From IMG/VR virus record IMGVR_UViG_3300028591_000070, positions 321,935-385,934 of that record: a DNA stretch of 64,000 nt. One strand, 5' to 3'. This DNA comes from a virus (lineage: Duplodnaviria; Caudoviricetes). The translations under genes and the position numbers were made by a program. The notes below the pieces were generated by a model. The model did no database searches. It was not told where the DNA came from and saw nothing but the letters and a program-made list of their open reading frames with translations. This document shows positions 37,070 to 48,900 of the stretch, piece after piece (position 1 is the first letter of the stretch; every line of letters begins with the position of its first letter).

Positions 37070-40000
37070 TTATAATGTAAACTCTACCTCGTGATAAGGC
37101 ATCTTAATATCAATTGTTGCTCTTCCAGGAACATTTAGTACTCTTTGTGCAGAAGTACCAAAAGCTCTTTCTATAGAAGTAATTGAAGACTCTGGAAGTG
37201 TTTCACCTGTCTTAAGAGTGAAGATGAATGTTACAACTGAGTCTGGAGCTGCCTTACAATTATAAACTGAAAGTTCATTATTGAAGTAATTTACGTTAAA
37301 TACTTTTACACCTGTAATGTTTGTATTCTCTGTTGAGAATGTAATAAGCATTTCTACAGGAATAATAGTAACTTTGCTTTCTCTGCAGTCTACTGTCTCA
37401 TCATTTGTCTGATATCTATAGAATGCTTCTTTAGATGGAGCACCTAATGAATAATCAGTAACGACTAAGTATGATTCATATTCATCATTTAGATAATTTG
37501 TTGATGAATTTGAAACCACAAACTTACCAGTAGTATCTGATATTTCAGAAGCCTTACATACATTATCATTAAAGTCATACCACTTAAGTTGTGGCGTAAA
37601 CTCAGCAAGCTGCTTAACAACCATATTTTCAGGTCCTGAAACTGCTTTTGCATGTGTTATAACTTCAAGAGTAATTGAAGATGAGAGATTTGTAAAGTTT
37701 GACTTAAATGAAAGTGTTACTGTACCAATCTTTTTAGCTTGGATTGTAATAACATTGTCATTAATTTCGTCAATACTAGCAACTGTCTCATCAGAAATTG
37801 TCCATTTTCCAGAATAATCATCAACTACATTAGATGCGTCTAAGTCTGCCTTAAATGTATACTTTCTATTTTCGTTTACAATTGTATCTAAAACATATTT
37901 GCCATCAACAAGTTCAAGATCATCACTAGTGATATTAAACTGATCAATATTAGCAACATACATTTCTTTTGTTAAAACGTCACCATTTGGTAATCCAAAA
38001 TAGAATGTAATATATTTACCAATAGCATTTTCATAAACATCAACAGACATTGTCTGGTCTTTACCATTAGAAGTAAGTTCAATAGAACCATTTCCATAAT
38101 AAAGATTAGATGCTACAGGAATTTTAGGTGTAACATCTTCTTTGCCAACTACTGTTGGAGTTGGGATAACACTAGGCTCTGGCACTTCATCATAAGCTAC
38201 GTCATCTTGAACATAAGATAATCCAGACTGCCATTCCCATTCACCACTAAACTCAGATGGAAGAAGAGTAAGTAATGCTTGAGTATAAAGAGTACCATAA
38301 TTTGGGTCATTTTTAATTTTATTTGGCAACTTAGCTTCAATATCAAAGTTATTTGCTCCACCTAAACAGATTCTAGACTTATCAAAGTTATGTGAACTTA
38401 TAGTAGTAAAGTCAAAATCATCAAATATTGCAACAAATAAAGGTTTAATATAAACTGTAAAATTCTCTCTAGATGCACGAGCAGGAGTAACAATTCTCCA
38501 AGGAAGTGATTCTTGTCCTAAAGCATGAGGAGCTTCATCATCTTTCTGAATAGCATAAGCATAGAAACCACTTCTCATAGTGAACTGGATTTCTGCTGTA
38601 CCAAACTTAGTCTGAACTGATGTAAATCCTCTTAAGTTTGAAGTATAGTCTGCATAATCTGGGTCCATTTCAAATGTAACCAACTGCGGCTCAACTTCAA
38701 ATTCTACATAGATTTCATCTTCAGATGTAAGGTTTAATGGAACAGTGAATACTGATGCTTCTTCACACTTACCTTGTCCAATCTCAATACCACTTGAAGA
38801 TACAACTGTATAGTCATATCCAGATGCATTATGTGCGAAACCATCCAAAATAGTAGGTTCAATTGAGAATGTTTTTCCAGGTTTGTAATAACCAATAACT
38901 TCGTCTTCAGCAAAAGATACAGCTTGTTCAAAAACTTTAGTCTTATAGAGTTTGCAACTTGTATTTTTAGCAACAACTTTAATAAGGCCATCAAGATTTG
39001 AACCTTCTAATGCGCCATAAATAACTTCTTTAATAATAAATGCATCTGCTGCAACTTTATTATCAGCTGTTATTTCAATGATAGTCTTATTGCCAGATTT
39101 CTGGTGGTCTAATCCATTAGAGAACTCAACATCTGCATTATCATTTACAAAGAAGTTTGTAAATTTAACATTTTTTACCTCATCAGGCTGACATACTTGT
39201 ACAGTATAATCTTTTCCATTTACAGCACCCGTAAATGTGATTTCAGCATCATCTTTAAGGTCAATCTGAATAATTCCATAATATTCAGGTAAGTCTATAA
39301 CTGTTTTTCCACTAGCTTCTACAACTAATGTACGTTTACCACTTTTTTCAATTATAAAGTCGCCAATTTTGACGTCAATATTTTCAAACTTAGTATTTAC
39401 ATAGTTGATTGGAGCTACTTGATCATTTCCTAAGCACTTGATAGAGCAAGGTAATTCACCTTTAACGTATTTAATGTTTGTAAAATCAATTGGTCTTGCA
39501 AGAAGTGTATCATCTGTAAGAGAGAACTCACCATTATGGAAAAGAATTCTTTCAGCTTGTTCAAAAGCACCAGATCTAACAGCTTCTGTAAACTCACCAG
39601 AATCAGTAAGAATAAGGTCAAATTTTTCTCTAGTTGAGTCTGAAACTACATCAAGAACTTCGTCTTTCTTCATGTAATCTGCTTTGATTTCTTCAATCTC
39701 AGCTCTAGTTTCTTCAGCACCTTCCTCTAAAGAAGTAACTCTTCCAAAAATAGAAGCATCACCTTCAGCATTCTCTTCATCTGCTTTAAGAAGATTTTCA
39801 ACACTAGTTTTTACAGTTTCATCAAGACTATCAAGTTTCTGATTTGTTTCATCCAATTGTTCTTGGAAGTCTGCCATTTTACCATCAATTTCTGCTGATT
39901 TAGCATCAATATCAGAAACAGCAGCATCAGCTTTTGCTTCAGCTTCATTAACTCTTGCATTTAATTCAGCAAGGTCACTATTTACATTATCAAAACGTTC

Positions 40001-42265
40001 TGTAAGTTCATTATTAAGATTTTCAAAATGCTCATTTACACCTTCAAAACGTTCTACTGTTGAAGCGGTTTCTGCTTCAAACTTTTCGCGAGAAGCATAA
40101 CGAGTATCAATCTCTTCACCATAAACTTCTACTTTACCATCTGTTTTTTCATCATCATAGTCATATTCGCTTCCAAGCTTTGTGAGCTTTGCAAGAAGTT
40201 CAATCTCATCAGCAGACTCTAAAATGATGTTAGAAGCAGTAGTTTTATATTCATCAGCAGTAAGATCATAATTACCAGCTGAAACAATCATGTTGTAATA
40301 TTTGCGAGCAATCTCATCATAGAGACCAATCTTAATATCGCTGAATGCGACATATCTTATTTCAAGTTTGGCATTTGTAATGTATTCAATCTTACCACCA
40401 CGGAGATAAATCTTATCAAAATCAGGTTTATTAGGCCAATTGTATTCAAAAGCACCTACAACACTAGGAGATGGCTCATAGTCAATATTATCTGTTTCAA
40501 AATAAACAGGAATAATTTCACCATCGGCTCCATTTGTGCATGCAATATTTTCAGCAACAAGTTTAATATTTGTTACCCAGTAACCTGCATTTCTAAGAGC
40601 TTTTACTTTATTCTTGATACCTTCAATAAGAATTTTATTTTCTTTTAATGCACCATTTGAGATTTCGATTGTGTCTAATTTCTCTTCGCCAATATTCTGA
40701 ATAATAGATTTAAGGGTTCCATTACCATAAATATCATAGCGATATGGCTCACCTAATTCAGGGTTTTCAACTTTACTTCTTACAAGTTCATTAACTTTTT
40801 GAATAAGATCTTGCTGTAAATCTACATTTCCAGTAATCTTACCCCAACGAGCAGAACCTGTATCTTCATTTGTAATCTCATTAAGTGGTTTTCCATTATA
40901 CATTGGAACAACACCTTCAGGACCAACAAAGTTGAGAGGTAATACTCTATTGTCATCACCAATATTCAATGCAGTCTTTTTACGATATTCAATAGAATAA
41001 TCTGTAGAACCAACTGTCATTGTGCTGTCAGTATTTGAGAACTTGATGTGTAAAGCTTTTGGTAATTTTTCAGCAGGAATGTCTATTGTAACTGACTGAT
41101 TAACTGAACTATAAGTATCTGAAACCCAACCATTATCAGCTTCCAACTGCCATGTAACATTTAATGGAAGAATAATATTATTGAGGTTGATTTTAAGACC
41201 TTCAATAAAATTACCCTGATTTACAATTTCTGCATAAGAAACTTGGAAGTTTTCATCAAATGCAATTAAAGCATCACCATGACTGAATGTAACTGTTTTT
41301 GTATTTTTAATAGACTGAGATTTTACAGTATCATCAATTTCATACTGAGAATAGTCTTTTACATAATTTTTATTTTCAATTACATAGCGGCCTGGACCTT
41401 CAGGTAATTCTTTAATATTATCATAAGCATAAAGAAGTTTTTCACGCTCTTCTTGTGTCATATGAGGTGAATTTGGCTTATTGATGTTATTTACATGCTC
41501 ATTGAATGCGGCCATAGCTGCATCTAAAGCTTCTTGATTTTCATGAGACTTTTGGTCAAATTCATTCCACTTCTCTCTTTCTTCCTGAGTAATGTGGATA
41601 ACCTTATCCTGAGTGTGCTCATTGAAAGCAACCTGAGTAACGAATGCATTTAAGCTTGGAAGGTCTGTTAAAGTCTTCCATTCACCTTCTTCATTAAAAT
41701 ACCAATATGTTGATTTATTTGCAACACCTTTTTCTGCTTTTGGCTCAACTATATAGAAGCGGCTTAATTCACCACCTTCTGGGAAAGTATGCTCCAAAAC
41801 TTCTTGAGGAGTTTCACATCCATCTACCCAATGAACATATACATATCCAGATGTCATGATTTCGTCTGCTTTAGAATTAATCATGTCATAGATTTCACGT
41901 TTTGTATATGTGTCAATCATCTGAGGTGTGATTTGAAGTTTGATAGCACCATCAGCATTTGGGAGAAGAAGAGGCTGATTATTGATTGCAATAGCTTGAA
42001 TTCCATTAGCCTCACCTGGGCAGATTTCTACCCATTGACTCCACTTTGGATTTCCATTAGGATCTTTTATTAAGCGCTTTTCATAAACTTTTTCCGAGTC
42101 TTTAGCCTTAAAGATTTGCTTACCAGTATCGAAAGAATACTTCCAAGACTGGAAAATACCATTAACGTTACCAAGCATTGGGTCATTTAATTTTCCTTCT
42201 TTATAGAATACTGAACCATTTGCTTGATTATTAAAGGTAGTCTGAGCGTAGATTTCTTTATTCAT
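37070..42265 (-). CDS. large tail-fibre/adhesin-like virion protein (1731 aa)
   Basis: two H...H[IM]TQEEREK fibre motifs, WGKITG, coiled coil, C-terminal Ig-like (Big_2-type) WTISDETVASI..IGTVTL. Confidence 0.7.
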   Translation of the reverse strand: MNKEIYAQTTFNNQANGSVFYKEGKLNDPMLGNVNGIFQSWKYSFDTGKQIFKAKDSEKVYEKRLIKDPNGNPKWSQWVEICPGEANGIQAIAINNQPLLLPNADGAIKLQITPQMIDTYTKREIYDMINSKADEIMTSGYVYVHWVDGCETPQEVLEHTFPEGGELSRFYIVEPKAEKGVANKSTYWYFNEEGEWKTLTDLPSLNAFVTQVAFNEHTQDKVIHITQEEREKWNEFDQKSHENQEALDAAMAAFNEHVNNINKPNSPHMTQEEREKLLYAYDNIKELPEGPGRYVIENKNYVKDYSQYEIDDTVKSQSIKNTKTVTFSHGDALIAFDENFQVSYAEIVNQGNFIEGLKINLNNIILPLNVTWQLEADNGWVSDTYSSVNQSVTIDIPAEKLPKALHIKFSNTDSTMTVGSTDYSIEYRKKTALNIGDDNRVLPLNFVGPEGVVPMYNGKPLNEITNEDTGSARWGKITGNVDLQQDLIQKVNELVRSKVENPELGEPYRYDIYGNGTLKSIIQNIGEEKLDTIEISNGALKENKILIEGIKNKVKALRNAGYWVTNIKLVAENIACTNGADGEIIPVYFETDNIDYEPSPSVVGAFEYNWPNKPDFDKIYLRGGKIEYITNAKLEIRYVAFSDIKIGLYDEIARKYYNMIVSAGNYDLTADEYKTTASNIILESADEIELLAKLTKLGSEYDYDDEKTDGKVEVYGEEIDTRYASREKFEAETASTVERFEGVNEHFENLNNELTERFDNVNSDLAELNARVNEAEAKADAAVSDIDAKSAEIDGKMADFQEQLDETNQKLDSLDETVKTSVENLLKADEENAEGDASIFGRVTSLEEGAEETRAEIEEIKADYMKKDEVLDVVSDSTREKFDLILTDSGEFTEAVRSGAFEQAERILFHNGEFSLTDDTLLARPIDFTNIKYVKGELPCSIKCLGNDQVAPINYVNTKFENIDVKIGDFIIEKSGKRTLVVEASGKTVIDLPEYYGIIQIDLKDDAEITFTGAVNGKDYTVQVCQPDEVKNVKFTNFFVNDNADVEFSNGLDHQKSGNKTIIEITADNKVAADAFIIKEVIYGALEGSNLDGLIKVVAKNTSCKLYKTKVFEQAVSFAEDEVIGYYKPGKTFSIEPTILDGFAHNASGYDYTVVSSSGIEIGQGKCEEASVFTVPLNLTSEDEIYVEFEVEPQLVTFEMDPDYADYTSNLRGFTSVQTKFGTAEIQFTMRSGFYAYAIQKDDEAPHALGQESLPWRIVTPARASRENFTVYIKPLFVAIFDDFDFTTISSHNFDKSRICLGGANNFDIEAKLPNKIKNDPNYGTLYTQALLTLLPSEFSGEWEWQSGLSYVQDDVAYDEVPEPSVIPTPTVVGKEDVTPKIPVASNLYYGNGSIELTSNGKDQTMSVDVYENAIGKYITFYFGLPNGDVLTKEMYVANIDQFNITSDDLELVDGKYVLDTIVNENRKYTFKADLDASNVVDDYSGKWTISDETVASIDEINDNVITIQAKKIGTVTLSFKSNFTNLSSSITLEVITHAKAVSGPENMVVKQLAEFTPQLKWYDFNDNVCKASEISDTTGKFVVSNSSTNYLNDEYESYLVVTDYSLGAPSKEAFYRYQTNDETVDCRESKVTIIPVEMLITFSTENTNITGVKVFNVNYFNNELSVYNCKAAPDSVVTFIFTLKTGETLPESSITSIERAFGTSAQRVLNVPGRATIDIKMPYHEVEFTL

Positions 42266-42293
42266 CTATATCCTCCATTTAAGTATATATAAA

Positions 42294-42301
42294 TATTTAG
42301 T
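42294..42301 (-). promoter_or_regulatory. ACTAAATA putative late promoter
   Basis: heads the structural gene block; variants at 32685, 19588, 7670 (-) and 26569 (+). Confidence 0.45.
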
Positions 42302-42357
42302 CTTAAAATACGATAAGTATATTAAAAAAGTTAGCAAAAGCTAAATGAGATTTAAGG

Positions 42358-42912
42358 TTGGCCACTAATTTAATTATGCTTCCTTTTAAGTGGTATACTA
42401 ATGGTATAATTAATCTCAAGATTTTTGAAGGTAACAATATTCCAGATGGATTTACGCCTGGTTTTAAGTTTAAGGAAAAAACATTAAGTCGCAAAGCTAG
42501 AGAAAAAAGCACCAAAGAGTTTAATAAGAGACAGCTTAAGTCTATTCCATTAAAAGAAAGAAAACAAGCTTATAAGCAATTGGAATATGACAAACTCTTA
42601 GATAAAGAAAAGAAAGAGTTTTTAAAAGAAGTCCACATTCCTTATATTGACAGAAGAATAAAAGAATGTCTTAGAAAAGGTTTAAGCAACACTGAAATAT
42701 TTGATATTGTTAAATTAAATGAAAATCCACATTCACAAGAGTTTAATAAACTTTTAGAAGATTATATTTCAGAACAAGCTTTAATCCATCAGTTATCAAT
42801 AATGCCAAGCTACTTCATTACAATTGTAGATTCTTTAAAAGAATTATATTCTAAAAATAAATCACTTCAACATAGAAAAGACCTCATTTCTTATTTTACA
42901 TCTTTTTTCTAA
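42358..42912 (+). CDS. protein with an N-terminal homing-endonuclease-associated WYTNG...IPDGF.PG motif
   Basis: KWYTNGIINLKIFEGNNIPDGFTPG; no catalytic motif seen. Confidence 0.45.
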   Translation: MATNLIMLPFKWYTNGIINLKIFEGNNIPDGFTPGFKFKEKTLSRKAREKSTKEFNKRQLKSIPLKERKQAYKQLEYDKLLDKEKKEFLKEVHIPYIDRRIKECLRKGLSNTEIFDIVKLNENPHSQEFNKLLEDYISEQALIHQLSIMPSYFITIVDSLKELYSKNKSLQHRKDLISYFTSFF

Positions 42913-42961
42913 AAATGAATAAATTACCTCTTTTTTGTATATTCTTTATAAGAGGTAGATT

Positions 42962-45900
42962 ATGTTAAACTTATCTAAAGCTCCAGAAATAAAAATCAAA
43001 TGGGGAATGCAAGACCCAGAAAATCAGAAAGAGTGGAAAAACTGGGTTTTTGAAAGTTTATGCACAGTCAATATGCATGAAGACCTCTCACCTACAGAGC
43101 TTGAAAAATTAGCTTCTGAGCTGTTTGATGAGATTCATCAGTGTGGCTATGAGGAAGGCTATGACTCAGCTCAGTGCGATAATGAAGGAGATGGTTTATG
43201 ATTGCTATAGAAAAACCAAAAAATCCTATGAAAATAAATTGTGTTTGGTGGGATGGCTTCAACAAGGAAGAGGTTGAAAGTGTATTTCCATCAATCGGAT
43301 TTAGTAGACATACTGTACATGATGAAGATCCATATGAGGTAAGAATTTGTATGGGTGGAAATTGTGTTAGATATATTGATGGTGGAGTTTTCCTTTGTTT
43401 AAAGGAAGGTGATAGCCTCAGTAATCTTTTTACTCTTACAAAAGAGGAATTTGAAAAACAGTTTCAAATTCAAATTGGAGGATAATATGAGAAAAAATAA
43501 GATAGATCAGTTCGCTTGGCAAAATATGTCTGATGATGAACGAAAGTCTTATAATGCTGTTTTTCGACAGTATAAAGACCTTCGAATTGAGTTGCTTAGA
43601 AAAAATAAAGAATTAGGGCGCTCAAAACATGACCTTGATTTCTGGTATAAAGAACAGAAATGTACAAAGGCTAGAGTTGGTAAAGCATATCCAATTTCTA
43701 TTCGTACATTAAGAGAATGTAGTGAGTATTATTCTCCAGCTGGATCAGACTATTGGGATGAAGAAGTTTTACCAACTCGTGCAACAATGAGCTATGCTAT
43801 GTCTCTTTTCTATAAAGAACTTATTAAGTATGGTGAAAAGGTTCACAGAAATCTTAAAGAAGAACAGCGCAACGTTAATCGTGCATTAAATGACGCTGTC
43901 CATAAACTTACAGACCTTGAAAGATTTTATAATGAAAAATATAAGTTTATGTGGTTCCCAGTAAAGGTTACGTTGGATGTTCAGTTTGCAGATATTCATT
44001 CTCTTCGTGTTAATGAGAAAGGTGAAACATTTGCTTGCCTTGATGTAAATCCACATAATAAACATTGGGTTCAGGTTGACTCACTTCTTGGAACATTCCC
44101 AGTAATTGATATGAAAGATTGTTTGAAAATTGAAACTTATCCTCAGGAAGATTTACTTAAAACAGCTTGTACTGAGAAGTATAGAAATGAACTTGAAGAA
44201 TATGCAAAACTCTATAAGGAGATTCAATAAATGGAAAACAGAACAAGAAATTACATTTGGAATATCATCATTCTAAGCCTCATGTCTATAGGATTTTTGG
44301 CTTTATCTGTAGATGTTGGCCTTTCTAAAAAGGAACTTCAGAAAGAAATAAAAATTACTACTGCAAGCACAGTCCATGACTTCAGAGAAACTGTAATTGA
44401 TGGTGAAACATTTTATTCTTGTAAAAACTGTCATTTTACAATAAGAAATAAACCTCGTAAAGATTTACAGCTTTATTATGATAATTCTTCTATCAAAGCT
44501 ACAAGCTATGACTTAAACCATTGCGAAAATTTTCCTATTTCTTTTGAGTTTTTTAGAAAAGAAGATGGAGTAGACTTTATTAACAAATTGGTAGAGGTTC
44601 ATGAACTTATAATGGCTCCAGACCCAGAAGATATTTGGACTTCTCATGTAACTTGTCACAAGTGTGGCTTACACTTTAGATATAACCAATATGATGGAAA
44701 GGTATGCTTTAATAAAGACTTCCATAGCTTTGATGAAATTATGGAATGTAAGGAGATAAATAATGAATGATGAAGAAAGAGCTCTCCAAGATAAAATCTT
44801 AAAAAACCCAGAAAAAAGAATTAAAGCTGCAAAAATTCAGCAGGAAATCTGTAAAGAAGTATTTTCTCATGGCACTGGACTTGAAGTTCATGGTTATGAC
44901 CCAATCCTTTTGGCTGCTGACCTTATGTGTATGAATACTCATAATGCAAATAAAGCTTTTTGGAAAGTTTTGAGTGCCAATGGAATTGATTGGAATTATG
45001 ATAAAGATTATAAATTTTCTCATGATGTATATAATCTTGCAAGCAATTATAAAAATCAAGACCCAAATTTACCTAAAAAGCCTTATGGTGAAAAAGCAAA
45101 ACGTTTTCGCCAAGTAGCAGGTATTTTTGCTTCTTTAGCAGATGCTTTTGATATTGTTGATAAATGGGCAGATGGAGTTGAAGATGGAACTGAATAATTT
45201 AAATGGCTTAATTGAAGAGATAAACTTCTTAAATGAGAGTGAGCAATTGTTGCAAGCTATCTGTTCTGTTTTTGATTATTCAGAAATCTATAATAGATTG
45301 CATGATAAATATTGGGATAAAACAATGCCTGAGAGATTTTATCGGCATATCAATTTTGATGACTCAGAATAAATATTATAAAGGATGAAAAATATATGAA
45401 AAAGTTGATAATATTATTATTTTTAATATTTATTGGTAGTTTTGCTTTTGCTCAGTTTGGACCTGGTTACACTAATAGTGGAACTTATAGCTTAAATAGA
45501 ACAAATCCAAGATTTAAAGGTGGGAGCGATAGTAATTCAAGCTATTGTTATGATAGCTCTTTTTCAGAAAGTGATTGTATACTTCTTATTGAATTATATG
45601 ATGGTGAGCTTATAAAAGAAGCACATGATAAGTGGATCTATCGTGGAACTAATCACGGAAAAGGTTATGATGATTTTGGCTCAGCTTATTGGTATTTTAA
45701 ACTTAATAATGGAAAAATTTTAGTAACAAAATATATTCAAACTTATGAGTGGGGTAGCATTCGCTATATTTATGAAAAAGGTTATTACCTAAATGATGGT
45801 AAGTCGGAGTAAAATAATGTTTACAGACAAAGATGGAAATCACGAAATAATGCATTTTAGCCATTTTGATGAAGATTTGCAAACTTGCTTTAAGCCTAAA

Positions 45901-48900
45901 AAATCTCTAAATGAGGTTTTAAAACTAATGGCCCATTGGATGGCAGAATTTATCGCCAGTGAAAAAACTAATCTTAAGGAATGATAAAATGAATATTGGT
46001 GAAGTTGTATATCGATATGCAATAAAGTTTGATGATGGTAGATATTTCCATGGTGGCATAGATACCACAAAAGAAACTCAAATTACCGATACATTAAATA
46101 AGGAAATAGTTTTCTTTGATAGTTTGGAAGATCTAAAAGAAGATTATAAAATTGATCCTCGAATACCTAAAGATATTGGCTATAAGCCTGTAAAGGTGAA
46201 AATAACCACTTCATATGAAGAAATAGAAGATGAGTCCATTAAGGTAGATGGAACAGATGATATAATGTATATTGCGCCTGGAAAATATATAAGTCTTAAA
46301 AGGTAAAATATGACAAAAGAAGAAAACAAAAAGTTTTATGAATTATTTCCTGAAATTGATGTTTGCCCAAGTTGTGGTGAAAAAGGTCTTTGCCTTGACT
46401 TAAAGGAATTAAGTGAATTTGCAAACTATGTTCAAGATGGTCGCTTAAATTGGTGTTTACATGCAATATCTCCTACTTTTGAATATCAATGTGAGATATG
46501 CAGTAAAAGATGGGTAAGATCTAGATTTGGCCAAGGAGATGGGAGATGATTTTTAGAATAAATCCAACACCCATATTTCAAGGCTGGGAAAGACGACATG
46601 ATTATTCGGACTCGCATAAGTATCATCATGATATGGACTCTACATATGGTATATGCAATGAAGTTGATATTCTTGAAATTTTTAGTGATGCATTAACCAT
46701 GGAGTCTATTGAGCAAGCTGGTAAAGCAAATTACCTTGAATGGAATTGGTAAAAAAAGTATATTCTATATAAGAGGTATACTATGGCTAAGACCAATATA
46801 ACAGAAAAAGAGTTTTTCGAAAAACTTGGTTATAAAAACTTCGAAGATTTATTAGAGCAAGCTCTTTTCTGTAAAGGTGCTCAGCATGCAAGAGATATAA
46901 TGTATGAAGAACATCGTGATATGCTTGCTACTATAGTAGATATTCGTAGAAACTTTGGAAATAATCCAACAAAGTTTATAGAAGAAATCAATGAGTTTAT
47001 CGACTTCTGGGAAGAATGCTGTGATTGTACAGATGGAAAAGTCTTGGATTATAAAGGAGAAAATGATGGCTGATTTCAACAGAGAAAATATCATGATGAC
47101 AGTAAAATACTGGCCTGAAGATAAAGGAAGTCCTGAGATTATTCAAGATGTTACTTCTATTAAACGTGATCCTAAGACTGGTAATTTTATCATTGGTACA
47201 ATCTTTGAAGATCTTACTATTCCTTGTAAGAAGTTTGAAACTGTTATTGAGGTAGGTGCATAATGGCCAAGAAGAAAACAGAAGTGCTAAACAAAACTTA
47301 TTTATCTCCAGATGATGCAAGAGCTATTTGGGGTTATAGTCATCTTAAGGACAGTAGTAATCTTGTAGTTGATTTTAGTCTTTTCTATGCTGACCATTGT
47401 AAAGTTCATCCAATTGACCTCCTTTTTAATTATATCAAAAAAGCTGCAAAAGAAAATGACGAACCTCTTTGTTATTTTTATGAGAACTCCATATTTGAAA
47501 ATCTTGACTATGAAGAAAAGAAAATTAAGAAGACTGGTGATTGGCCTGATAATTTTTGGCAGAAACTTTTCCACAAAACAACTCATCATGAATGGGAAGA
47601 AACTGATGAAGATCATTTAAAACATTATCACATTTTGGCAGATAATATCATGCATGAATTGTGGATATACCTTTGTAAAGCAGGTTGGAAAGTTGAATAT
47701 TATAAAGACAACGATAATGACTATATAAAGTATTTTAAGATTTATTTTTAAGGAGCCATAAATGAAGAAGTTTTTAATCATATTGACATTATTGTTTTTA
47801 ATCAGTCCAGTATTTGCAAAAACAACTCAGTGTATAAAAAAGTATCAAGTAAATGGTGGTGTTGGTATTGCATATGATGTGACTCCAGCTATTCAGTCAA
47901 TGATTAATATGGGCTGGAAGGTTGTATCAATTACACCAGTTTCTGTAAAAGCAGGCTATAGCAATCCAACGGAGTATGTAATTGTAATCTTTGAAAAGGA
48001 AGAGTAAATTGAGCTTAAAAGAAGAATGGTCTTTTAGAGAAAATAGAATTGCTCGTGAAAATATTGGTGAACATGATGCTGACAATCGTTTTCTCTTAGA
48101 GGACATACATAGGCAACTTACTCATTGGAAAAATAATCACGAAGATTGCACTCCTATTGGTATTTGTTATGATGAGGAAGAAGAAAATTATGGTTGCTAT
48201 CCTATGGTTTTTGAAGATAAAGATGGCAATCGCTTTTATACCCATTGTGATATAAAAACTGTTGAGGAATATATTGAATTGGAGGAAAAAAGTGAGTGAA
48301 TTAAGTGATGATGAATTTAATGAAATTTGTGAAAGAGTCGAAATGGAAGAAAGACGTGCTTGTGCAGAATTTGAAAGAAAAGAAATCAATAAAAAGCGCA
48401 AAGAACTCGAAGAAAAACTTCTCACTGTAAGAGGCCATAAAGATGCTATCATGGAGCTCTTAAATGATATGGACCTTAATCATGATATGAATGCGTGCTG
48501 TGGTTTTGTTGGAAGAAAGCTTGACTCATATGGCTATGAGTTTACAAATAAAGAAGCTTATGAATATTCAGATAGCGTAAATGCAAGAACATATCGAGAT
48601 GCAAAAGGTATGTGGCGCCCAAAAGAACAACTTGAAGATGACAATCTTGCTTTTAGAGCTCGTCGCATTGCTGGAGTTTTTGCAACATTAGCTGATACTC
48701 TTGCACTTTTGGATGGTTATGAAGAATATATGAACAACTAGGAGATAAATAATGATTAATGTAATTTATAAAACAAGTGATGGTAAAGAGTATCAGAAAA
48801 AAGAAGATGCAATTTATCATGAAACTTATTACCAGAGGTCTGCTTATGAAGGTGCCTTGGCAGACTATCATTATTTTAGGTTTAATGATCACCGAAAAAA

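Noticed and set aside
42358-42912. Active homing endonuclease at the strand switch
   Set aside because: Only the accessory WYTNG motif is present; no HNH, GIY-YIG or LAGLIDADG catalytic motif
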